Part shown: positions 39,391 through 49,708 of the stretch, one piece after another
Numbering within the stretch: position 1 is the stretch's first letter
How the letters are laid out: every line of letters starts with the position of its first letter
DNA from: Epiperipatus broadwayi
Lineage: Eukaryota; Animalia; Onychophora
Assembly: GCA_028023455.1 (NCBI GenBank)
Contig: JAQFVV010000002.1
Location: 27,962,001-28,026,000, forward strand
Reading direction: 5' to 3'
DNA: 64,000 nt
Made by a program: the position numbers and the translations under genes
The notes under the pieces: generated by a model
Databases searched by the model: none
Told to the model about the DNA's origin: nothing
Seen by the model: only the letters and a program-made list of their open reading frames with translations

Positions 39391-39992
39391 TTTATAATTA
39401 AACCACTAAACATCATATGATCACCATTCTTTATGCTTACACAAGATGTTCACACATAGAGGCTAAATTCTTCATACAATAGCGCCACTCAGTGCAAGGC
39501 AGAGTAATCAATGGATGTGCTGCTGTAAGGAGATTTTAGCCTGTGTAAACAGCTTGTGTAAGCATCAAGAAGTGATCATGTGATGTGTAGTGGTTTAATA
39601 CCAACCCTTCCCAATAGGATTATGGTGACTAGTTATTAAAGAACCAAAGGCACCAAAAAGTATGGATGCTGCACTGAGTTCAGATCTATATGACTATACA
39701 AGCTAATGGGCTTGAATTGAAAATGTGTTTTCATTTTGGTCTCAGAGCTTTATAATTAGTTAAAAAAGATAAAAGGTGGCTGCTGGAGGGTTATATTAGA
39801 TCCTAAGATCTAGCTGCAGTGTTCTTAGAACCAAGGCTCCTCACTGATGAAAGCCACAAACTAGAAATTAGTCTGGGAATATTAAATAAGTAGGCACTAG
39901 ATAGCAATTTTATGCACAAACCTTCCTGCATCCATTGATCACTCTGGCTTACACTGAATGGTGTTACTGTATGGAGAGTTTAGCCTCTGTGT
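39391..39992 (+). mobile_element. Family B element: 5' inverted arm plus more than one full ~444-nt monomer, HHR at 39838-39879
   Basis: Terminal motif ggagattttagcct at 39529 recurs as ggagagtttagcct at 39973; inverted copy at 39391-39517. Confidence 0.88.
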
Positions 39993-40217
39993 AATATTTG
40001 TAATTATAGATTTATGCATTTAAAACATTGATAATAGATAACAGTACTTATTGATATGGAATAAAAAATTAGAGATAATGATTTATATACATGTGAAAAA
40101 TTCTTTAATATTTTTGCAATTTATATATATATGAAAAACAAAAAACAAGTTAATCACGTAACCTGCTATCACTTGTTATTTATGTCCAAAAGATGGCGCT
40201 ATACCAAAACCGCCGAA

Positions 40218-40380
40218 CAAGTGTAAGATTTGTTTTACATAAACGAAAAAAGAGTCAGAAATTAACTACCTCTTTCATTTGCTCACCAGCTTGAAATCAG
40301 CTGATCTGGGGGTGAGCAAATGAAAGAGGTAGTTAATTTCTGACTCTTTTTTCGTTTATGTAAAACAAATCTTACACTTG
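40218..40380. repeat. Perfect 70-bp inverted repeat, 23-nt spacer
   Basis: 40218-40287 is the exact reverse complement of 40311-40380. Confidence 0.95.
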
Positions 40381-40645
40381 GTTCTAATACCCACTATGTA
40401 GGTAATAATGTAAGAGAAAAACTTTTAAATACAATTAAACCAAAATTATTTTCCTGTTGTTATATTGGTAATAATTTTAATAATTCACATTTAATTACTA
40501 TTGTGAATCCCTAATGCATTTACTAATCTTATAACAAAAACTTGATTTAAAAAAAAAAGGAAAATGAAATGTTTTTATAGTAGGTTGAGTTATAAATAAA
40601 AAGTCCTTTATGTTCTTTATTACTTTTTACTCATACAAGTAAAAG

Positions 40646-40683
40646 TTCTGAAGAAGATTGCTGGGGCAATCGAAACTGTCAAT
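40646..40683 (+). ncRNA. Hammerhead motif, core intact, weak stem I
   Basis: CTGAAGA-a-gattgc(tggg)gcaatc-GAAAC-tgtc. Confidence 0.65.
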
Positions 40684-40739
40684 AGTGGGTTGTAAAAAAA
40701 GCATTGTAAAACGTAATAAAAAATATAAATGATATTAAT

Positions 40740-41145
40740 CAGCATTTATTTTTATAGCGTCTGTATACAATTGTAATTACCTTCATATCGGCCTTTCAAG
40801 CCAAATTGTGCAAACGCTTTTGCGAGTGTTAAATAATAAATGAATACCCTCTGACCAAACAAGATATAGAATTTATGCAGGAATAAAAGGAATCCTCTTA
40901 TTCCTACGACTCAAATATTTATATTATGAGCAAATCTGAAGTACTGGCACAGAAGGTGTGACTATAGAACAGTCACTTTAAATTACTATTGCTCATATAT
41001 AAATATTTGAGTCGTAGGAATAAGAGGATTCCTTTTATTCCTGCATAAATTCTATATCTTGTTTGGTCAGAGGGTATTCATTTATTATTTAATACTCGCA
41101 AAAGCGTTTGCACAATTTGGCTTGAAAGGCCGATATGAAGGTAAT
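40740..41145. mobile_element. Young fold-back insertion, ~157-bp arms, flanked by a 14-bp direct repeat
   Basis: Arms 40776-40933 and 40989-41145 (one substitution, one small indel). taaatgatattaat at 40726-40739 and 41145-41158. Confidence 0.85.
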
Positions 41146-41886
41146 AAATGATATTAATATTATATGAATTTGGCAATGTAATAAGAAAGATAAAGTTATA
41201 ATACTTTATAAATAAAGAAGAGTTTATATTTAATTACTTAAAATCGATGACTTTCTTTTTTCAATTATACCTACAAAATATCACAATAATCTCCTGAAAA
41301 ATGCTTTCTAATATAAATTAATAATAGTGTCATTATAGATACATCATGGCATGATACGTCAGCATCACTATGCCATGAGACATTTCTAATTACTATTATA
41401 TCAACAATCTGGATTCAAATTCAAATGAAATTTGAACATTTTTAAAGCCAGGCCATAATAGCCCAACTAATCCCCCAATTATTGACCAATAGGTTTTAAG
41501 CTATTATTGAATCAATACTAAAACAAACAAAAAAAAATCACAAATTCTCATTCATCACCTGGCAAATGGTAAACCTGATGGCCTTATTTTCTCCACTACC
41601 ACTCGCAGTGAATAATGGAGAGGCATTTCTTTGCAGTGAGTTCTTTTATGTTTATATTTCAATAATTTAATGTCATCAATTTTAAACGTAATATATCATT
41701 CCAACAATTTACTTTTATGAAGTAAAATGGAAACAATGATTTGAACAAAATGGTTGAAATATCTACGATATTTTTGCTAGTATGTATAGCAAAATGTTAA
41801 GCTATTTCTTCTTGCGAAAAGCTCAAATTCTTTGAAAGATATGGGTGAGGAATACTGATCCTTATTCATTATCCAAAAATGGCCCA

Positions 41887-42196
41887 CAAGAGATCAATAA
41901 TATTTAACTGAGGTGATTAAGTCAGACAAAATGTGTATGTTTTCAAGCCAATATTGACTGGATACGTGTATGAAGTGAAGCATTTGCAAGATGAATGGTG
42001 TCTGAAGCAATTTTTGTACCATGACTCTCCAAAATGTTTTGCAAGAGATCAATAATATTTAACTGAGGTGATTAAGCCAGACAAAATGTGTATGTTTTCA
42101 AGCCAATATTGACTGGATACTTGTATGAAGAGAAGCATTTGCAAGATGAATGGTGTCTGAAGCAATTTTTGTACCATGACTCTCCAAAATGTTTTG
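41887..42196. repeat. Tandem duplication, 155 bp x2
   Basis: 41887-42041 versus 42042-42196, three substitutions. Confidence 0.92.
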
Positions 42197-42420
42197 CAGC
42201 TATAATATATTAATAATAATCGAATGGTTTATTGTTCGGAAATTTATAAGAAGTTAGAGTATCAGAAATGATAGAGTTGGCCACATATCACAGACTCTCC
42301 TGCCATTTTACCACTATACTAAACCAAATAGAACATTCTGCATCTTGAATAAATAGCGTGATAAAAAAGACTTAATCATGATAGTCCTATTATCACTCCA
42401 TTGGTAAAAGAGACTGTTTA

Positions 42421-42512
42421 ATAGACTTGTTTTCGGTCATTTCTAGACATAACCCCATTCAGTGGTAATAGACTTATTTTTGGTCATTTCTAGACATAAC
42501 CCATTCAGTGGT
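42421..42512. repeat. Tandem dimer, ~47 bp
   Basis: atagactt.ttt..ggtcatttctagacataaccc(c)attcagtggt occurs twice. Confidence 0.9.
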
Positions 42513-42544
42513 TGGAAATGTGCAAAAAATTATTTGTCTGACTA

Positions 42545-43105
42545 TATTTCTATTTTCTACTTAATAGTTATACATTAAATTAATGCTTGAATATCCATCC
42601 TGGCATCTCACTGTCAACACCAGTAGCAGAAACCTGTCTGGAGTTAGGGATATTCTCAAAGCTTTGTTAAGAGCTTATTTTGCGAGCTCTATACATAACA
42701 TTTGTAAATACAAGCTTATTAAATTAGGTCATGTGACATCTGACTGCTTTTTTTTTAACTTTAATTTTTTCTATTAATTAAGGCTTTGGCAATTTTATAT
42801 TGCTAAAGCTATTAATACATGGTGTATCTGAACTTAGTTCAGTACCATATGGCTATTTAAGTTAGATAGCTGGATTGGAAGACATATGGATGTCTGAAAT
42901 TGTAAGACCTATGGATGTCTGAAAATTTCAGATTTTCTACTTAATAGTTATACATTAAATAAAGTGCTGGACTTGTCCTGGTATTTTTAATCTAATGCTT
43001 GAATATCCAGGCATCTCACTGACGATACCAAAGCAGAAACCGGTCTGTAGTTGGGGATATTCTGAAAGCTTGTTAAAAGCTTATTTTGCGAGCTCTATAT
43101 AAAAC
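42545..43105 (+). mobile_element. Family C tandem repeat (~408-nt period) with two hammerhead motifs
   Basis: gcatctcaCTGTCAA..GAAAcctgtc at 42606-42642 and gcatctcaCTGACGA..GAAAccggtc at 43014-43049, with duplicated flanks. Confidence 0.8.
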
Positions 43106-43573
43106 ATCTGACTATATTGTACACTTTCAGTAATCCATTGTTCAATTCTTACACATATAAATATTTGCATTGCAGCATTTATTATTATGGCCTTCAAAGC
43201 ACAATTCATTCATGATATGATAGCTTCCGGCAGTTGATTACACTAAGTAATAGTTGAATATGTTCATCAGACTTCCTTAAAAAGTACAGCTTTTCAATTG
43301 CAGTTAGTTTAGGAATTCCTTTTTCTATATTTAGTGAATAGTTTTAATTCCTACAACTAAGCAGTAATATCAGTTTGGGCAAAGATGATCTAGATTAAGT
43401 GATTCCTCTTAAAGCAAGGCAGGTCAAACATTTCTCCTTGATAGACTTATGAAATCTTCATATCAAAAACCTTACCACCTTTAAAGTCTTATAGCTGAAA
43501 GAAAAAAGTATTACACTGCAACATATTTTTATTTCTGTGCTTCATGGATTTCAAAACCAGTATTAATGATATT

Positions 43574-43960
43574 TACAGAGGCAAAACTCTCCACATAGTA
43601 GCATCACCCAGTGCAAACCAGAGTAATCAATGGATTAGTGCCTATTCACTCAATATCCCCAGACTAGTTTCTAGCTTGTGGCTTTCATCAGTGAGAGACT
43701 TGGATCTGAGAGCAGTGCACCTAGATCTTAGGATCTAATGCTACCATCCAGCAGCCATCTTTTACTTTTTTAGCTAACCATAAAACTTATCCAAGAGAAG
43801 GTCACTATATATATATATATATATATGTTTTAATCTGTGATAACTTTAGCTTATGTTTTCACTCTTGTATAGTTGTAGAGATCTGAACTCAGTTCAGCAT
43901 CCATACTTTTTGGTGTCTTTAATAACCACAGCCTTTAAAGAATGGTGATCAAGTGATATT
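43574..43960 (-). mobile_element. Family B near-full monomer, minus strand, HHR at 43656-43696
   Basis: Minus strand tctca-CTGATGA-aagc(cacaa)gcta-GAAA-ctagtc-tgggga, with body and the ctgaactcagttcag palindrome at 43883-43897. Confidence 0.85.
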
Positions 43961-45223
43961 AATAATATTACGTTAATATGCCCAAAAAATATGTATACAT
44001 TTCATAACAGTAGCTCTTGTTAGAGGATGTCATTGACATAGGTATTTGCTAAGATTTAGAATTTTTTATCAACACTTGTAAAATTTCAATTATCGACTCT
44101 CATTCTTCAGATAACTAGAGGCATCAACCACTGAATCTCCGTGCCCATATTGACAATTTGATATCTTTCATTATGCCATTTTCATTATGATAGGAACGGC
44201 TTTCCATCTATTTTTAACATTTTGTGATAAGATGAACATCACTGCATTATATATATATATATATTTCCTTTTAATTTTTGTTTATACATTTCTCATTTCA
44301 ACTTCACCATATAATTGACCATTTTGCTGGCTCTTCAGATGAGCTAATGGAATCAAACACTTGAATTTTCATACCCATCATTGCATTAAGATAAGGTAAG
44401 GCAAGGGATTTTAAATATAAAATCCCTATTTTTTCTGTTGTCTGATTGGTAAATGTATGAATGTTTTTTGGTAAGGCTGTCACATCTCAAATTCACAATG
44501 AAGCGTATTTTCAACAACAAAAAATTATTATTTGTTCCACCATTAATAAATCGTAATTAATTTTTTATGAACCATTTTATGCAAAGGAAGTAATTTGTTA
44601 AAGCAATCAATAAAAGAAATATGTTTAAAAGATGCCATTCAGCTACATTTTTGGATTTTTAAAAAATATGGTATTGGAATAAAACTTTTTGAAGGAAAAA
44701 ACGCCCTCCCAAAAAAAAAAATCAGTACATGTACTTTTAATTAACTAGAACTGAATAGATATAGTTTTTTAATCGTGAAGAAAATGTGATTACAGTACAT
44801 AAATTCATAATTGAAGGGTACGATTTAGCGATGTAAAAAAAATGCTATAGTACCACATTTACATTTAGTTTTGGTTAACGTATAAAAGTTGTGTAATTAA
44901 TTCTGCCATTAATAGTTGCATCAACTAATTTAGAGGTTCAATTTGATTATGAAAATTTTATTCAAAGCAAGTAATTCCACAAAACAAAACAAAAAAATAT
45001 TAAAACAACCAATTACGATGGCCTTTCAGGCCAGCTGCATTTCTCACATTTATTTCTATAATATTAAAATCGTTTGTTTAATTTATATTGTCTTAAAAAA
45101 AATTGTTAAAGCAACCAATTAAAAAAAAGATTGCCGTTACATAGGCTGCACACATCTGGTATATTGATAAAAACCTAGAAAATATTAAGATATATCTGCC
45201 ACATATTTCAACTACTTATATGA

Positions 45224-45407
45224 ATAGGTAGTTGTGAAGGAGGTGCTCGATGGATGCTAGAGGCACTGCTTCTGTGTCATCACACAGAACTATATAGGGT
45301 AGGGGGCCCAAAAGCAGCAATGTGTCTTCCAGCCTGTATAGTTCTGTGCGCTGACACAGAAACAGCGCTTCTAGCGGCCATCGAGCACCTCCTGCACAAT
45401 TACCTAT
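45224..45407. mobile_element. GC-richer fold-back or MITE, ~75-bp arms
   Basis: ataggtagttgtgaaggaggtgctcgatgg... is inverted at ...ccatcgagcacctcctgcacaattacctat. Confidence 0.85.
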
Positions 45408-46119
45408 AAATAATATTTATATATTAATGTGCAACTATAGCTTAATAGAAGAAGAATGACATTTGCATTTTTGTAAATATATTTTAATCTATATTTAACC
45501 AGTATCAATAAAGAATGATATATATATATATGCAGCCAAAAAATACTAAGATGAATTTCCGTGACTATGGTTGCGATAGGGTTAAAGTTCATATGAGGAA
45601 TGCCCTGATAAAAGAAATTCAGGAAACAACAGTATTTGCAATATATTTCAACTATTTATATGAATAGTATATACTCATCAGTGATGGGCGGCCAAGAGAA
45701 GCTAGGTTATAAAAGTGAACGAAATCATTAATCAAATCTTAATTCTATACACAAACCTTTTTTGTTTTTTTACTTTCGACACACCAAAATAATGATGTGC
45801 TTTTTTTTTTTCAGCTTTAAAAATAATGTCTGCATAAAGCTAACAATTTATCAACCTCAGCTAAATCAAGGTGGAAATGGCTCTTGAATTTATTCTCCTA
45901 TATATCAATTTGCTACAACTTTTCTCAAAGTCACTACAGCGCTATGATAAAGACAGGTGGAAGAATATAGAATGAAGCAGCTTTGTTAGTGAATGTTGTG
46001 ATTAAGAGATTTGTAAAATACCAAATGCTAAGCTCTTTTCATATAGCTATGTAATACTCAAAAAGTTGAGATATGCAAATTAATATGAAAAGGTATAAGA
46101 AACACCAAATTTATATTTA

Positions 46120-47340
46120 ATAGCACTAAGCTAGCTTTCAGCAGATTCTCACCAGATACGTAGTGCAGAATAAAACCTCACAGTTAAGAGTCCAAATATA
46201 TAGTTGTGGAGAAATAAGTAAATCTGTCCCAGTATGCAAATTATATGTTCAATTTCTTTGATAGTGGGACACAAACGTCTTTTCTGTTAATTGAATGCAA
46301 TCTCTTGCAATCACCCATACCTCTTTAAACTCTCTTTTTCTATCATCCCTCTCTGTGCACACTGTTTTAACATTAGAGGGAGAAAAGATGTGTCCCATAG
46401 CCATTTCATGTTCAACAAAGATAGACTTGTGTTTGTGACTTAGTTTTGCTTTTTTATATAAATAGGTGTTCTGGGCAATTCTCTTTGATTTATTAGGGTG
46501 AGATTCTCCATAATACACCAAACTGCAGACAGGGGCAAGGCATGAGATCATATATATGATTTGGAGAGCGTGTTCAAAAGTTTTATTTTTGATGCTATTT
46601 AGAAGGTTGTTGAGAGAGGGAGATGATCTATTCTGAATGTGTCTGTGCAGATTTTTCAGAGTTTTATTGAAATATGGATATAAGGATGGCTGATCTATGG
46701 TTTAGCCAGGTTGTTATCATTAGAAACTTTATCAATCCTCTCAAAAAAATAATTATAATATTTTAATTAATTTAGTATGATTATATCCAATGTCCATTAA
46801 ATCTCTAATACATAATTCAATATTTTTCTGTCCACCTCATATTTACATAATTTGCTGTTTCTGTGTAAGAAACCCTTAAAAACTGTCATTTTCTGTTTGA
46901 ATGAAACATTAGATTGGGGATGGATGACTCCTCTAACTTGAATTGGTTTTACAATCATTTTAAAATCGAGCACATCCTTGATCCTTTGAATATGTTAAGT
47001 CTGAAAAGTTTATACTTTGATTTATGACCTCCTCTTCAGTAGTCCATTTGAGAACCAATGCTTTATCTAGTTCTGGGTGAATATTTTTAATTTTGTGCTT
47101 CGCAGCACATATGAATACATCATCTATATATCTAACATATATGTCACTTACTGAAGGATCCAAATATTTAGTTAGGACGAGGCTTTCAAATTTTGAGAAA
47201 ACGTGGCTGCTGTAATTCTGCTGAACAGAAATCCCATCGGCCATCCATTCATTTTATAAAACTTCCCCTTGGTACAAGTTATTATTTCATTGTTTAATTC
47301 ACTTCAAAATCTCAATTATGAAATCTTTTTTGTGCTGATT
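46120..47340 (-). mobile_element. Penelope-like retroelement fossil: RT, C-terminal GIY-YIG endonuclease, 3' hammerhead remnant
   Basis: GWPMG, YVRYIDDVF, LKWTTEEE..SINFSDL and VKP..VIHPQS motifs, then IYMISC..CSLVYYGES..KR..H..GHIF..KRE (46249-46560). Several stops and frameshifts. HHR remnant at 46123-46166. Confidence 0.88.
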
Positions 47341-47378
47341 GTAATTAATTTATTGCAAAATTTCCTAAATATATATAT

Positions 47379-47491
47379 GTCAAGCATTGTTAGCCGAGAG
47401 GTCAGTGCAGCCGCCTTGCAAGCAAGCAGTTGTTTGCAGCGGTTGTTGTGGGTTTGCCTCCCGGAAAATGCTATGACATGAAAAAAAAAAA
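47379..47491 (+). mobile_element. tRNA-Gly-derived SINE
   Basis: Same consensus plus A tail; sits at the truncated 5' end of the PLE fossil. Confidence 0.85.
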
Positions 47492-47825
47492 TTTCCTATA
47501 TGATGGTAATTGGATAGGTACCTAGGCACTGACCTGTAGAGATTTGGCAAATGTTTTAATGTAACAATTTAACATTTTTACTCATTCCATTTACTCTGCA
47601 GAAGCAGTCTCCTAAAGTTGGATTTCTTTTGGCTTGAATAATTTAACAAAAATTATATATTTTTGTGAAATTTTTAGCATTTCTAAAACAGTATTTTTAT
47701 CAAGCTTTAAATAAATATTATATAGAGAACAAAATACTAAGACATTCAATAAAGTACAATACTGTTTTAATACTTTTAAAAACCTTTTATTTTAAATTTT
47801 CAATACATAAATTAAATACTAAATA

Positions 47826-48072
47826 ACATATGATCACTATTTCTTATGCTTACACAAGGTATTTACACAGAGGCTAAACTCTCCACAGTAGCGCCACCAG
47901 TGCAAACTAGAGTAATTAATGGATGCAAGAAGGTTTGTGAATAAAATCCCTATCTAGTACCTACTCATCCAATAATTCCCAGACTTATGTGATAGAGATT
48001 TTATGCACAATGCATCTATTGATTACTCTGGCTTGCACTGGTGGCGCTACTGTATGGAGTTTATCCTCTGTG
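47826..48072. mobile_element. Family B fold-back; inverted arm stops near the HHR cleavage site
   Basis: Inverted tail and terminus run to ...ccagact (~47985), followed by the sense terminus. Confidence 0.8.
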
Positions 48073-48214
48073 CATTTTATAATATATATATTTAAATTCA
48101 AATGTAATTTTTTTTAAAAAAAAACCTGCAATCAGAATATACAGTGCAGCATGCAATTTCACAATTGATATTTTTAGATAATTGCAAAATTCTAATAATT
48201 TTTATTGTCATTCA

Positions 48215-48895
48215 TTAGACTAGAGATTATCCACTTAACAAACATTTCTGGAGTGTAATTTTCACAACACCACTCTTATACAAGATAAAGACTGGTTTCT
48301 ATCCACTTTTAACACCTTGTGGAGGGGTGTAATCATAAACTTATGACCAAAGACATATGAAAAAAAAAAAAAGATTCCCAAATGCACATTTCGTATTGAA
48401 CCAACACTCATCAATTGGCCCAGAGCATAATCTCTTCCCGCATATCTTGATCATTGTTTAGTATACATATATATAGAGAGATGAGAAATTACTACAGTTT
48501 AATTGACGTGTCAAACTTACTGCCCTCATCAACTTTGATACAAACCGCTTGATGGAAGTACATTGTAAAATTTTATTAGACACTAATTAGACTAGATATT
48601 ATCTATCCAATGAATAATATTTCTGTAATGTAATTCTCACTTCACCACTCTCACACAACATAGGGACTGCTTTCTATTCGCTTTGAATATTTTGTGAAAG
48701 GATATATCATAAACATATGACCAAAGACGTGAAAAATATGTTATGATCCCCAAAATGCAAATTTCATGCTGAACCAGCACTCATCCATTTGTCCAGATCT
48801 CAATCGTTTACACATATCTTTATTACTATTCAGTATATATAGGTATTACAGTTCAATTGATAAGTATTAAACTTGCCACTCTTTAGATTTCTTCT
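48215..48895 (-). mobile_element. Family D tandem dimer with two degenerate hammerheads
   Basis: Repeated ttagactaga.attat and ataaac.tatgaccaaagac blocks. HHR remnants at 48378-48418 and 48749-48791, ~373 nt apart. Confidence 0.7.
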
Positions 48896-49289
48896 GAAAT
48901 TATGTTTTTACGGCAATGTTTCAATGACTTTTCTATCGCTGAGCAAAATAGTTGGTTTTTTTTTGTCTTTGTTACATTGCTATTAAATTCGACTATGACT
49001 TAACATTTTATTAAAGAGAATTTACTTACTTCGTTTTCTCATTACTATTTCTATTTTTCCGCATCTTTAAACATAGAATAAGATATTGTAGTCAATTCAA
49101 TTTTTTTGCTTGTTTCTTTTGTAAACTTCCTCTTTACAAATCAATAACTATGGCTTAATTTCCAGAAATAGTAACTTCAAAACTGTTGACAAAAGTAGTG
49201 GTCACTCAAAATGGTGAAAGACAAAAAAAATAGATTAACATAAGAACTATCAATCATTATGTTTCAGAATATCTTTTTTAATAAATGTG

Positions 49290-49708
49290 TTTTACTAGTT
49301 CTTAGAGATACATCTGAGAATTGGACACTTAATAGAAGAGCAAGATAGAGACTTCAGACCACTCAAAAAAGTATAGAGAGATGCAAGTTGGGAGTGACAA
49401 GAAGAGATAGAAAACACAATATATAAGTAAGAGAAAAAACAGGTGTTACTGACATTGTTGAAAGAATTAAAAGACTGAAATGGAGTTGGGTTGGATATAT
49501 TACTAGAAGAGATAATAGATGGACAATTGAAATCTTAAACAGGATTTCAAGAGATTGTAAAAGACTCAGAAAGAGGCCACACATGAGATGGATGGATGAA
49601 ATAAGAAAGTGTGCAGGGGGTGATGTGAAGAAGAGAGGCTAGAGATTGGAGAAGGTGGAGAACCTTCATCCTTCAGTGGATTAATAATGATTGACAATGA
49701 TGATGATA
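49290..49708 (+). mobile_element. RTE-clade LINE 3' fragment
   Basis: Nucleotide homology to 11480-11850 and 37190-37462; (tga)n tail. Confidence 0.85.

Noticed and set aside
40194-40225. AAGATGGCG (YY1-like, ATG GCG) as a promoter or first exon
   Set aside because: It lies inside a CNIH4 intron, the frame runs into the palindrome and stops, and it is equally explained as a decayed HHR.
45640-45690. Minus-strand CTGATGA...GAAA as a hammerhead
   Set aside because: No stem I pairing and an irregular stem II; probably chance.
2420-47491. The tRNA-like sequences as functional tRNA genes
   Set aside because: They have A tails, TSDs, variable insertions and broken D/T arms, so they were treated as SINEs.
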